Shown one piece after another: positions 6,127-13,846 of a DNA stretch of 64,000 nt. Position numbers and translations under genes: made by a program. Position 1 is the first letter of the stretch; each line of letters starts with the position of its first letter. The notes beneath the pieces are model-generated. The model ran no database searches. It saw nothing but the letters and a program-made list of their open reading frames with translations, and was not told the DNA's origin. The stretch comes from a virus: the IMG/VR virus record IMGVR_UViG_3300010346_000749, positions 1-64,000 of that record; one strand, given 5' to 3'.

Positions 6127-6151
6127 CAGACTGACCGAGATATGGTATACT
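6123..6151 (+). promoter_or_regulatory. sigma70-type promoter with extended -10
   Basis: TTGACA 6123-6128, 17-nt spacer ending TGG, TATACT 6146-6151, followed by TGTTCTTGTCAG as in the other modules. Confidence 0.7.
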
Positions 6152-6253
6152 TGTTCTTGTCAGGGAAGTCTACTTAAAGAATTGGGCGAACAACGATTGA
6201 CAGGGTTGTTCATGGAACAGAAAGGGATGGGGTTCTGTTCCAATATAAATAAT

Positions 6254-6343
6254 GGAATGTTGTTAGAGTGGTCGAATAGGCAGATTTGCTAAATCTTGAC
6301 TGTGGTAAAACACACAAACGTTCGAATCGTTTACATTCCGCCA
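6254..6343 (+). tRNA. tRNA-Ser (anticodon GCT), long variable arm, CCA encoded
   Basis: Acceptor GGAATGT/ACATTCC, anticodon loop TTGCTAA on AGAT/ATCT stem, long extra arm, T arm AAACG-TTCGAAT-CGTTT, G then CCA. Confidence 0.8.
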
Positions 6344-6374
6344 GTATTTTAAATGGAGCCGTAGAAATACTATT

Positions 6375-6459
6375 CTCTCAAGTTCTTGGTTGAAGGTTCA
6401 AATCCTTTATTTCCCTTAAAAGGGAAATTAGCTCAATTGGTAGAGCTAGAACTCTCAAT
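6375..6459 (+). other. two halves of one tRNA in 3'-half-then-5'-half order
   Basis: 6382-6416 is GTTCT-TGGTT-GAAGG-TTCAAAT-CCTTT-ATTTCCC-T. After TAAAA, 6422-6452 is GGGAAAT-TA-GCTC-AATTGGTA-GAGC-T-AGAAC. Acceptor pairs 7/7 and anticodon stem 5/5 across the halves. Both copies share CTCTCAA at the loop. Confidence 0.5.
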
Positions 6460-6499
6460 GGTGTTTCGATTCCATGTTCCATTTATTTTTTGTAATAAT

Positions 6500-6576
6500 G
6501 GCCCTGTAGCCCAATTGGCAGAGGCAAGGGACTTAAAATCCCTCAGGTATGGATTCGAATTCCATCAGGGCCACCA
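6500..6576 (+). tRNA. class-I tRNA with anticodon TAA (Leu by anticodon, no long extra arm), CCA encoded
   Basis: Acceptor GGCCCTG/CAGGGCC, anticodon stem AGGGA/TCCCT loop CTTAAAA, 5-nt variable loop, T arm ATGGA-TTCGAAT-TCCAT, A then CCA. Confidence 0.75.
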
Positions 6577-6582
6577 ACACCA

Positions 6583-6625
6583 GTAAAAATAAATGATTGG
6601 AGAATGTTGGCCGCATTCTCCAATC
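6583..6625 (-). terminator. intrinsic terminator of the endonuclease gene (minus strand)
   Basis: Stem GATTGGAGAAT/ATTCTCCAATC followed on the minus strand by a T-rich run; lies about 20 nt beyond the stop of 6647-7381. Confidence 0.6.
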
Positions 6626-6646
6626 AAATCATCCTAATCTATTTAA

Positions 6647-7381
6647 TTATTCCAATCTCTTGTCTATAACGAAACAAATAGCATCAACAAATTTCTGTGA
6701 TGATTTGATAGTAAATTTCTTTTGGGAAGAAATATCTATAACACAAAGATCAATCTTTTTTTCCTGACATAACTGTTGTTTTTTAAAGTCTTTGCCTAAA
6801 ATATTTTGGAATTTAGAATCTCGTTCTTCATCAGATTTTCCGAATACTGGTTGATAATGAAAAATACCATTCAGTTCAAATGCTAAGTTAAGTGATGGAA
6901 TATAAATATCTAATTCTAGTCCATCTAAAGTTTCTCTGTCGTTATACTCAATATTTAGATTTGTATATTTTTCTTCGAGAACATTTTGTAGATAAGTTTC
7001 AAGTTTGCTTCTTCTATATCCAGATATTTTGTGAGTATTGTTATATTTGGCGGCACAAGAACTAGAGCAGAAATTATTTCCTGATTTTGATTTTTTAATC
7101 TGGCTTAAAAGTTTTTTACATTCTTTTCCACATTGGGTGCATTTAACAATTTGAGTTTTATTTTTGGTTTGAAATTCTTTACGACATTCAGAGGAACAAA
7201 ACATGTTTTCACGGTTCTTTCTAAGAAATACATGTATTTTTATTTTTGATCTGTAAAATGTTTCACCACAATTGAAACATTTAATAGGAAATTCTTCTTT
7301 ATATGAAGAATCATAATATTCCCATTCTGAAAAAAGAAATTGTTCATTATTCATAAAATGTTTACACATTTTAAAAATCAC
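6647..7381 (-). CDS. putative homing endonuclease, paralog of 1105-1854
   Basis: 244-aa ORF; same MIFKMCK...NEQFLFSEWE start, CxxC ribbons and C-terminal LELDIYIPSLNLAFELNGIFHYQPVFGK block. Confidence 0.6.
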   Translation of the reverse strand: MIFKMCKHFMNNEQFLFSEWEYYDSSYKEEFPIKCFNCGETFYRSKIKIHVFLRKNRENMFCSSECRKEFQTKNKTQIVKCTQCGKECKKLLSQIKKSKSGNNFCSSSCAAKYNNTHKISGYRRSKLETYLQNVLEEKYTNLNIEYNDRETLDGLELDIYIPSLNLAFELNGIFHYQPVFGKSDEERDSKFQNILGKDFKKQQLCQEKKIDLCVIDISSQKKFTIKSSQKFVDAICFVIDKRLE

Positions 7382-7427
7382 TCCTTAATAGTTTGGTGGT
7401 TCTACTATTAAGTTTGGAATTTTTATT

Positions 7428-7447
7428 TTCGAATTCCATCAGGGCCA
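7428..7447 (+). repeat. orphan duplicate of the 3' end of the tRNA at 6500-6576
   Basis: TTCGAATTCCATCAGGGCCA identical to 6554-6573. Confidence 0.8.
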
Positions 7448-7449
7448 AC

Positions 7450-7483
7450 CTTTCACAGAAGAAGCCTTTACGTGGCGAAAGGT
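7450..7483 (+). repeat. tRNA-trailing hairpin motif, copy d
   Basis: CCTTTC-ACAGAAGAAGCCTTTACGTGGC-GAAAGG right after the orphan tRNA end. Confidence 0.5.
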
Positions 7484-7602
7484 ATAAGTAATCCTATCAG
7501 GATGATTAATCCTTTGGGATGAAACCAATTCTCTTAAATTAAGAATGAAAGGAGATAAATCATAATGGATAATAGTCCGCCGTGGTATTCCTTTTTTCAT
7601 AT

Positions 7603-7672
7603 CGCTCTTTAGTTTAATGATAAAACACATCTTTCATAAGGATGAATTTTCGGATTCCGAAAAGAGCGACCA
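7603..7672 (+). tRNA. tRNA-like gene with anticodon CAT (Met/Ile2 type), atypical T arm
   Basis: 5' side is canonical: CGCTCTT-TA-GTTT-AATGATA-AAAC-A-CATCT-TTCATAA-GGATG. 3' end is AAGAGCG-A-CCA. The T arm is a compact palindrome TTTTCGGATTCCGAAAA rather than 5+7+5. Confidence 0.5.
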
Positions 7673-7887
7673 TTTACCGGATTTGACCAACTTAAATCTT
7701 TAACACTGCAAAAACCAACGGGGGTTGAAGTGCGGAAAAGTCAAATATAAAATGAAATTCCTAAATGACGATTTAGGATACTTTCACTTCTATAATGGAT
7801 GAGTAGAGAAGCCGTTTGTTGGTTTTGCCGCTTCCACAAGAGTTTCATTACAGGAGTAGGGGCAATTACCCTTCCGGTATTTTTAAT

Positions 7888-7961
7888 GGCTCTGTAGCCC
7901 AAAGCAGAGGCAACAGTCTCAAACACTGTCAAGTATCGGGTCGAACCGATCAGAGCCACCA
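7888..7961 (+). tRNA. class-I tRNA with anticodon CAA (Leu by anticodon, no long extra arm), CCA encoded
   Basis: Acceptor GGCTCTG/CAGAGCC, anticodon stem ACAGT/ACTGT loop CTCAAAC, 5-nt variable loop, T arm ATCGG-GTCGAA-CCGAT with only a 6-nt loop. Acceptor and D region resemble the tRNA at 6500. Confidence 0.65.
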
Positions 7962-7995
7962 ATACCAATAAAAATCACATAATGGAGGAATCGTG

Positions 7996-8367
7996 ATGAA
8001 AGCTGTTCAAATCAATAAAGACTGGTGGTTTGTCCCGGAACGAGGTGGAAAGTTTTTCTGGAGCAATGATTCTGGCTATGTGTATGTTGAAGCTGGTGGA
8101 GATAAAGGTTTGACAATTGGAAGGATTGAAGACTTCGAAGAATTTCTAATTAAATGTGGATATACTCTTGTTCGATCCCAAGAAGATTCCTTTCAAACTA
8201 AAAAAATGTTGGTCGATGAAACTGGAATTTATTATCGTGAAGAAGATATTAATTCTGATAAGAAACATATTGGTTATTATTATAATAGATTTGGAGATCA
8301 ACAGTTTGTTCCTCGCACTTCCATTTTTGGTCAATCTTTGATTAAAATGGTTAAAAATAATAAATAA
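7996..8367 (+). CDS. hypothetical protein
   Basis: ORF with GGAGG 7 nt upstream of ATG 7996 (track start GTG 7993). Confidence 0.65.
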   Translation: MKAVQINKDWWFVPERGGKFFWSNDSGYVYVEAGGDKGLTIGRIEDFEEFLIKCGYTLVRSQEDSFQTKKMLVDETGIYYREEDINSDKKHIGYYYNRFGDQQFVPRTSIFGQSLIKMVKNNK

Positions 8368-8377
8368 TTTTTAAAAG

Positions 8378-8454
8378 GCCAACTGACCGAGCTATTGAAC
8401 GGCGATGACTGCAAATCATTTGTTTGTAGGGTGAAATTCCCTAAGTTGGCTCCA
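8378..8454 (+). tRNA. tRNA-Cys (anticodon GCA), CCA encoded
   Basis: Acceptor GCCAACT/AGTTGGC, anticodon stem GATGA/TCATT loop CTGCAAA, T stem TAGGG/CCCTA (loop TGAAATT, non-canonical), T then CCA. Confidence 0.7.
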
Positions 8455-8456
8455 TT

Positions 8457-8505
8457 GCCTTTATAGCTCAAGTGGTAGAGCAGTTGTCTTGTAAACCATA
8501 GGTTT
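8457..8505 (+). pseudogene. second copy of the truncated canonical tRNA-Thr(TGT) 5' portion
   Basis: GCCTTTA-TA-GCTC-AAGTGGTA-GAGC-A-GTTGT-CTTGTAA-ACCAT-AGGT; no T arm or acceptor 3' strand. Confidence 0.35.
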
Positions 8506-8512
8506 CGTTTAT

Positions 8513-8587
8513 GCCGAATTAGTATATCAGCTATTATTCCTGTTTTGTAATCAGGAGAAAGCCGGGCAGCACGGCTATTCGGCTCCA
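8513..8587 (+). tRNA. non-canonical tRNA-like gene, anticodon TGT, copy 2
   Basis: GCCGAAT...CCTGT-TTTGTAA-TCAGG...AGCCG-GGCAGCA-CGGCT-ATTCGGC-T-CCA; collinear with 2939-3013. Confidence 0.4.
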
Positions 8588-8812
8588 ATGTGGGAAGATC
8601 ACGGATGCAGATAATAGGCGTGGTCAAGAATTGGTGTGGTGGCGGGTTCTGCCAATTCACTTATTATATCTTTTTATATTTTCCGAGCGAGTTTAATAAA
8701 TAATTGATTTAATATTAAGACATTCAATATATTGAATGGGTTCCAAACAAAAAATTAATTGATATTAAATCATTAAAATTGTTTGTTAAATTCAAAAGAT
8801 TCAAAAGCTTCA

Positions 8813-8940
8813 AAAGCAACTGGAATTGGCTTAACGCCTGACCAGATAAAGGGCATTTTGGTGTTCCCATTAAAAATAAGGGTTTCCTAAAGAAACCAAA
8901 CTTTTTAAGAATCTCATTCCTTTAGGATGAGAGTATCAAT
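8813..8940 (+). ncRNA. conserved structured intergenic element, copy 2 (3' modules)
   Basis: AAGCAACTGGAATTGGCTTAACGCCTGACCAGATAAAGGG...GGGTTTC-CTAAA-GAAACC...AAGAATCTCATTCCTTTAGGATGAGAGTATCAAT closely matches 12296-12413. Confidence 0.55.
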
Positions 8941-9055
8941 CTTTTCATTCATGTCCTGATAGTTCTGGCCGACGAGGCAGGGCAAGGGAGAACATAAACA
9001 ATCCAAAAGGTTTTAAAATGGCCAGACCTTTTTGTATATACGTTTCCCTTTTATT

Positions 9056-9092
9056 CCCGTAGGATTGTGTCCGTCCTACGGGTTTTCTTTTT
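9056..9092 (+). terminator. intrinsic terminator
   Basis: CCCGTAGGA-TTGTGTCCG-TCCTACGGG followed by TTTTCTTTTT. Confidence 0.75.
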
Positions 9093-9368
9093 ATCATTGT
9101 ATTTAAAATGGGTTCTAATAAAAATATGGTAAAAAGTTTTTTGACGTCGAAATGCTCCGGGTGGGAGAGTTAGGAGTATCAAAATTCAAAATCCTTATTT
9201 TTATTGAGCACGTTATTCTTTAATGATTTCGTTAAAGTATAGGAAAAATATAGATCAAACATTATTTTTCATTTCATCCACCCCATGCCCAATTGGGTAT
9301 CCGAAATTCAAATCCCTTATTTTATCTAAGTTAATTTTAAATATAATAAATTTCAAAAGAAAGTGAAT

Positions 9369-9863
9369 ATGATGAAGAAATTTATAAAAATTATGCCAAG
9401 AATGGTAATTGAAAATATTGATTTTAATAAACTATCAAAGGATGATCTTGAATCACTTTTGATTATTTCAATAACAACTCCCGGTGATCCGATGGCAAGT
9501 TTCAAGAATCTGGATGGTGTGCCAGTTCTACATCTCTAGTTTGATGATCTTAAAGAGAAGGACAATTTAGAGCAGGTTATTTCCTTTTATTTGGAGAGGA
9601 TGGGTAGAAGACCCGTCTTTTTTGGATGGGAGATAGCCGAGAGAATTGTTTCCTTTGTTCTGAAATTCAAGGACAAATCAATTATTTTAATTCATTGTGA
9701 TGCCGGAATTTCTAGATCAGCTGCTGTTGCCAAGGCATTGTCCTTGTGGTATCATAAAGATGGTTCGAGATTCGACAATCTCTATTTGCCAAATCCAATG
9801 ATTTTTAAAATTATGAATCAAACAATTGAAAGGATGGATAAAAATGAAGAATCAAAACATTGA
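9369..9863 (+). CDS. Cys-based protein phosphatase-like protein, interrupted by an in-frame TAG at 9537-9539
   Basis: Hand translation from ATG 9369 gives ...GVPVLHL-TAG-FDDLKEKD... and runs in frame into track ORF 9591-9863 with the CX5R P-loop HCDAGISRS. The L-x-F-D-D block just N-terminal of the P-loop is typical of this family (from memory). Confidence 0.6.
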
Positions 9864-10038
9864 AATTTTCTTTTCTAGGAAGTGTTCAAAGACGGGACAT
9901 GTAAAAACTGTTTATTCTTATAATGAAATGATATATCAGGTCATTTATGATGAAGTCAAGGGAATGATTTCTTTTGGGAAGTATCTTCCAAAAGAAGATA
10001 GGGAACAACTTGGGATTCCCGATGTTGTTCATTTTTAA
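9844..10038 (+). CDS. hypothetical protein
   Basis: ATG 9844 in frame within track ORF 9826-10038, preceded by AAAGGATGG. Confidence 0.5.
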   Translation: MKNQNIEIFFSRKCSKTGHVKTVYSYNEMIYQVIYDEVKGMISFGKYLPKEDREQLGIPDVVHF

Positions 10039-10112
10039 ATAGAAGTATTGAATATAATGTTAAATTTTGATTTAATTGAAGAATTAAATAGATTTATGTT
10101 TGACATTTTAAA

Positions 10113-10364
10113 TTGTCCATCAGATACCCTACAAACGAAGAAGATCATGAATTAGTTAGAAATTCCTCTTCTCCTAGTGAAGCTAAACAACTAGGAAGAT
10201 ATATTAAATTAAGAAAAGATTGGGATTTAATAAAAGATCGTATAATGGAAAAAGGTATTCGAGCTAAATTTGAACAAAATAGGGGATTAAAAAAAGAATT
10301 CTTTGAAGTTAAAATTAAATCTCACACAGATAAATGGAGTGATAATTCAGATGTCATCAGTTAA
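10113..10364 (+). CDS. NADAR (YbiA-like) domain fragment, C-terminal half only
   Basis: SPSEAKQLGRYIKLRKDWDLIKDRIMEKGIRAKFEQNRGLKKEF resembles the central and C-terminal NADAR motifs (from memory); TTG start; TGA at 10101 in frame leaves no N-terminal half. Confidence 0.35.
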   Translation: MSIRYPTNEEDHELVRNSSSPSEAKQLGRYIKLRKDWDLIKDRIMEKGIRAKFEQNRGLKKEFFEVKIKSHTDKWSDNSDVIS

Positions 10365-11019
10365 AACAATTGTATTACATGGATTGTTCTCATATCCATC
10401 GTTATTCCAAACACCGGAAGATGTTTTATCTCATGTATTTTCAGTTATTGGAAATGCATATCAATGGAATGATAAGGGCGAAGTAGAAAGTGAGGACATA
10501 ACGATCAGTGATGATATCGACGTGTTATATAATGACGGTTTAACGAAATTAGAAATTGATAGACTGCAAACACTTGTTGATGTACATTCATTATTAAAGC
10601 AGGGAATCATACCAATAGATTCACCAAAGCATAAATCTGCTTTAAGAATAGTTAATCTTAGATATGATATGTATAGAGAACAGATAAATATGTATAGACG
10701 AGCGTCTGATAGGATGTTTGGTGAACACGGAGAATATACCATATTTGATCGGGTGTATAAGATGCAGTATACGGCATATAATATGTATCCATGTTGCACA
10801 GATTATGCATTAATGTTTAATATACCGCCTAACATATCTATTGATTGGGCTCTCACATGTAGTGACTGGATGACTTCTGTAATGTATAGTATTATGCAGA
10901 ATAATGATTTTATTGAAACTATGCAAGAGAAAAACCAAAGGTACTTGGAACATATTCCTGGCGCGTTAAATAAATGTCGTATAAAGATAGAGGAACAACT
11001 AACTGAAAGGACGAAATGA
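10351..11019 (+). CDS. hypothetical protein
   Basis: ATG 10351 (MSSVKTIVLHG...) in frame within track ORF 10303-11019, GGAG upstream. Confidence 0.6.
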   Translation: MSSVKTIVLHGLFSYPSLFQTPEDVLSHVFSVIGNAYQWNDKGEVESEDITISDDIDVLYNDGLTKLEIDRLQTLVDVHSLLKQGIIPIDSPKHKSALRIVNLRYDMYREQINMYRRASDRMFGEHGEYTIFDRVYKMQYTAYNMYPCCTDYALMFNIPPNISIDWALTCSDWMTSVMYSIMQNNDFIETMQEKNQRYLEHIPGALNKCRIKIEEQLTERTK

Positions 11020-11334
11020 TTAAACCAGAAGCCTTTCTTATGGATGAACATATAATGAAAAATATCGTGCAAAATATCTTGATTCAATTTCTCAAGAATT
11101 GCAAACACTAAAAGGTGAAATATATTTTAAAAATGCTAAAGAAATATCGATTCGACTGCATAATTGTTTGAGAAATATAATCTTTTTGATATTTTGTTGG
11201 CGGTCAATTGTGAATTGGTCAAAGACGGATGAAGTCTTATCGTATCGGAGGAAGAATGATTTAATGATCAAAGTGCAATGCAAACAAACTATATTCTCAA
11301 AGTTGCAACACCACTAAAGAGGGAGATTGATTAA

Positions 11335-12051
11335 ATGAAAGTTGTTATTATTGGAATGACAATGCCTGTGATTTATGATGAGATAGAAGATATTATTGAA
11401 GCTGATCTTTCAATGGATATCACTGATTTGGTTGCTGGTGCGGCGAATGTTTGTTATAATCCAATTGAGATTGGACAAATCTTTGAGAATCTTACTTCTG
11501 AAAAGAGAGCCAAATTAATTGATAGAACATTGAATGATAGGCACATGTCAATTTATGAACATGTCTCTTTCAATTTTGCCATTAGTGGTGTCAGTAGAGC
11601 ACTCTTGGCACAACTGACAAGACATAGAATAGCCAGTTTTTCTGTTCAGAGTCAACGGTATTGTAAACTATCAGAACCTGATTATATCACTCCTGATTCC
11701 ATTATGAATCATCCAGAAGCATTGTCAGAATATGATGGTTTGATGGAATTGATTTGGGAAACCTATAATCAGTTAGTTGATTCTGGTATTCCAAAGGAGG
11801 ATGCTAGAATGGTTCTCCCGAATGCTTGCACCACTCAATTGATTATGACGATGAATATTAGGGAGTTATTTCATTTTTTTAAACTTCGGATGTGTAAACA
11901 TGCTCAGTGGGAGATTCAAGAATTGGCAACCCGAATTTTTGAACAGGTTGAAATAACGGCACCTCATATCTTTTCTTATGTCAATAAACAATGTGAACAT
12001 GAAAAGTGTTATAATGCCTGTGGTGGCTGTGTTATTCGTCAATATGTCTAA
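11335..12051 (+). CDS. thyX: flavin-dependent thymidylate synthase ThyX
   Basis: 238-aa ORF containing the ThyX signature RHRxxSxxxxSxR as RHRIASFSVQSQR; RBS AGAGGGAG. Confidence 0.9.
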   Translation: MKVVIIGMTMPVIYDEIEDIIEADLSMDITDLVAGAANVCYNPIEIGQIFENLTSEKRAKLIDRTLNDRHMSIYEHVSFNFAISGVSRALLAQLTRHRIASFSVQSQRYCKLSEPDYITPDSIMNHPEALSEYDGLMELIWETYNQLVDSGIPKEDARMVLPNACTTQLIMTMNIRELFHFFKLRMCKHAQWEIQELATRIFEQVEITAPHIFSYVNKQCEHEKCYNACGGCVIRQYV

Positions 12052-12153
12052 TCTAAAAAGAGTTTAGAAATAAGAAATTAATATGTGAAATTGAGGAAGA
12101 AACCTTTACTGATGTTGCTAAAATTTTCTATCTTAAAGAAAATTATAATTTTA

Positions 12154-12413
12154 GCGAACGGGAAAACTACCATCTTTAGGTGGTAGATGAAAGTGAGTTA
12201 ATTATTTGATATTCAGACTGTCAAACGACAGGGTTTCAAACACACAAATTTAATAAATATCAAATAATAATTAATTCACATCCTAATAAAGCAACTGGAA
12301 TTGGCTTAACGCCTGACCAGATAAAGGGTATTTTGGTATACCCATTGAAAATAAGGGTTTCTACGAAACCAAACTTTTCAAGAATCTCATTCCTTTAGGA
12401 TGAGAGTATCAAT
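12154..12413 (+). ncRNA. conserved structured intergenic element, copy 3 (expanded form)
   Basis: Same 5' and 3' modules as 1993-2145, plus an inserted long hairpin (GTTAATTATTTGATATT pairs with AATATCAAATAATAATTAA) and an extra helix; ends 45 nt before the ATG at 12459. Confidence 0.55.
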
Positions 12414-12458
12414 GCCAAAAATAGATGAATTCAGTAAATAAGAAAGGTATGATATGAA

Positions 12459-12644
12459 ATGGCAGTAATTCAAAAGTGTAAGAATGCTGAAAATGGAACA
12501 TGTAAGAGTCAGTATCAAGATGATAAGTATGGAAAGAATATGAGAGTTTTTAATGATGGAGTAAAAGAATTTCATTGCACTGTTTGTGGTGCTTCTGGTG
12601 GTTCTATTGGAAATGCTTCAACGAAGGCTTCTGAAAAGAAATAA
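12459..12644 (+). CDS. small hypothetical protein with a CxxC pair
   Basis: 61-aa ORF with CTVCG; followed by a terminator. Confidence 0.5.
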   Translation: MAVIQKCKNAENGTCKSQYQDDKYGKNMRVFNDGVKEFHCTVCGASGGSIGNASTKASEKK

Positions 12645-12658
12645 TTGATCGTATAAAT

Positions 12659-12706
12659 TAAGCCGTATGGAAAGCCGAGAGGCAACTATACGGCTTAAAC
12701 TTTTTT
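12659..12706 (+). terminator. intrinsic terminator
   Basis: TAAGCCGTAT...ATACGGCTTA stem followed by AACTTTTTT. Confidence 0.75.
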
Positions 12707-12722
12707 AAAGGGTGATAAATAA

Positions 12723-13538
12723 ATGAAGAAAGTTGTAGATTTGAATTTCTTGACTTGTCCAAAAGAAGAATTGGAATTGCCAAGTAAAGGCAAGTTTTAT
12801 AAAGAAATGACATATAACAATATTCCAACGGGATTGGAAAAAGGTGTGATTCACATAAGACCTCTTTCTACAAAAGAAGAAAGAAATATGGAAAGAATTA
12901 ACTCAACTAATTTCTATAATATTTGGGCTGAAATAATTGCTTCCGTCACGGCAGAACAATTTGATCCTATGGATTTGACAATTTCTGATTTGTTTTATCT
13001 TATTTATTGGCTTCGTGCTAGAACATTTGGCCCTACTTATGAGATTAAAGCCGAATGTCCTAATTGTGGTGAAGAATATAATGATAGGGTAAATATTCCC
13101 GATTTTGGAACTGTTTATCTTGAAGATGATATTATTGAACCATTTGAATTGACCATGCCAAATTCTGGCGTCAGGGTCATTTTTAGATATCCAAGGGTCA
13201 AAGATTTGGTGGATGCATCCAAGAGAAACTATTCCGAGAAAAAGAAAAAGGGTGTCAAAATATCGCCAACAATTTACCAGAAGGTTCTTTGCACTCAAGA
13301 AATGGTTTTGCCAGATTCTACGGTTCTGACAAATGAAGAAGATTCAGAATTGATGATTGATATTTATTCTCGTATGCAAGCAGCTGATACTATGATGATT
13401 GATGAAGAATATGCCAAGTATGATCATGGATTGCTTGAACCTGTTATGAAGACGTGTCCAATGTGTGAAACTGTTTATGAACAGTTTCCAGTGATTTCCC
13501 CAGACTTTTTTCGCCCGAATTTTAGAAAGCCCAGATAA
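12723..13538 (+). CDS. putative tail assembly chaperone-like protein (by position), two CxxC pairs
   Basis: 271-aa ORF immediately upstream of the tape-measure gene; CPNCGEEY and CPMCETVY; 3' end overlaps an ATG-less open frame. Confidence 0.45.
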   Translation: MKKVVDLNFLTCPKEELELPSKGKFYKEMTYNNIPTGLEKGVIHIRPLSTKEERNMERINSTNFYNIWAEIIASVTAEQFDPMDLTISDLFYLIYWLRARTFGPTYEIKAECPNCGEEYNDRVNIPDFGTVYLEDDIIEPFELTMPNSGVRVIFRYPRVKDLVDASKRNYSEKKKKGVKISPTIYQKVLCTQEMVLPDSTVLTNEEDSELMIDIYSRMQAADTMMIDEEYAKYDHGLLEPVMKTCPMCETVYEQFPVISPDFFRPNFRKPR

Positions 13539-13761
13539 TGCAAAATTATTAAAAATATTTTATAGTTTCTTAACACCTTATGAACCAACTTCAATTGCTA
13601 ATTCAATAAGATCAGAAATATTGTTTCTTTCAAAGTTTGGTCATTTTGATGCTTTTCACATCTATTCAATGACACCACAAGATCGAAGATATTATATTGA
13701 AGAATTGAAAAGAATGTTGGATAAATCAGGTGGTCAAAATATTGAAGATGTTGATTTATAA
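13495..13761 (+). CDS. ATG-less +1-frame extension of 12723-13538 (G/GT-type frameshift product candidate)
   Basis: Frame +1 is open from 13495 to TAA 13759-13761 (FPQTFFARILESPDNAKLLKIFYSF...GGQNIEDVDL) with no start codon. It overlaps the T-run GAC-TTT-TTT-CGC (13503-13514) of the upstream ORF. Confidence 0.4.
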   Translation, partial: FPQTFFARILESPDNAKLLKIFYSFLTPYEPTSIANSIRSEILFLSKFGHFDAFHIYSMTPQDRRYYIEELKRMLDKSGGQNIEDVDL

Positions 13762-13762
13762 A

Positions 13763-13792
13763 ATAGAGCCTGAAAATAGGCTCTATTTTTTT
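13763..13792 (+). terminator. intrinsic terminator-like hairpin
   Basis: ATAGAGCC-TGAAAAT-AGGCTCTAT followed by TTTTTTT. Confidence 0.65.
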
Positions 13793-13846
13793 ATCTTCAA
13801 GAAATTAACATAGATAATATCCTCATGTCATAAAAGAGGGGTTTAA

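Larger units (their letters stand above)
6574..7427 (-). mobile_element. free-standing endonuclease cassette 2, flanked by a duplicated tRNA 3' end
   Basis: 20 nt TTCGAATTCCATCAGGGCCA at 6554-6573 (in the tRNA) repeats at 7428-7447; the interior holds a paralogous endonuclease ORF and its terminator. Confidence 0.6.

Noticed and set aside
8791-8818. Tandem TTCAAAAG(A/C)(T) x3 upstream of repeat copy 2
   Set aside because: Only three short AT-rich units. Too small to distinguish from chance or local slippage.
10040-10112. Searched for the missing N-terminal half of the NADAR-like domain
   Set aside because: Only about 70 nt are available upstream and a TGA is in frame at 10101. The gene is treated as a fragment.
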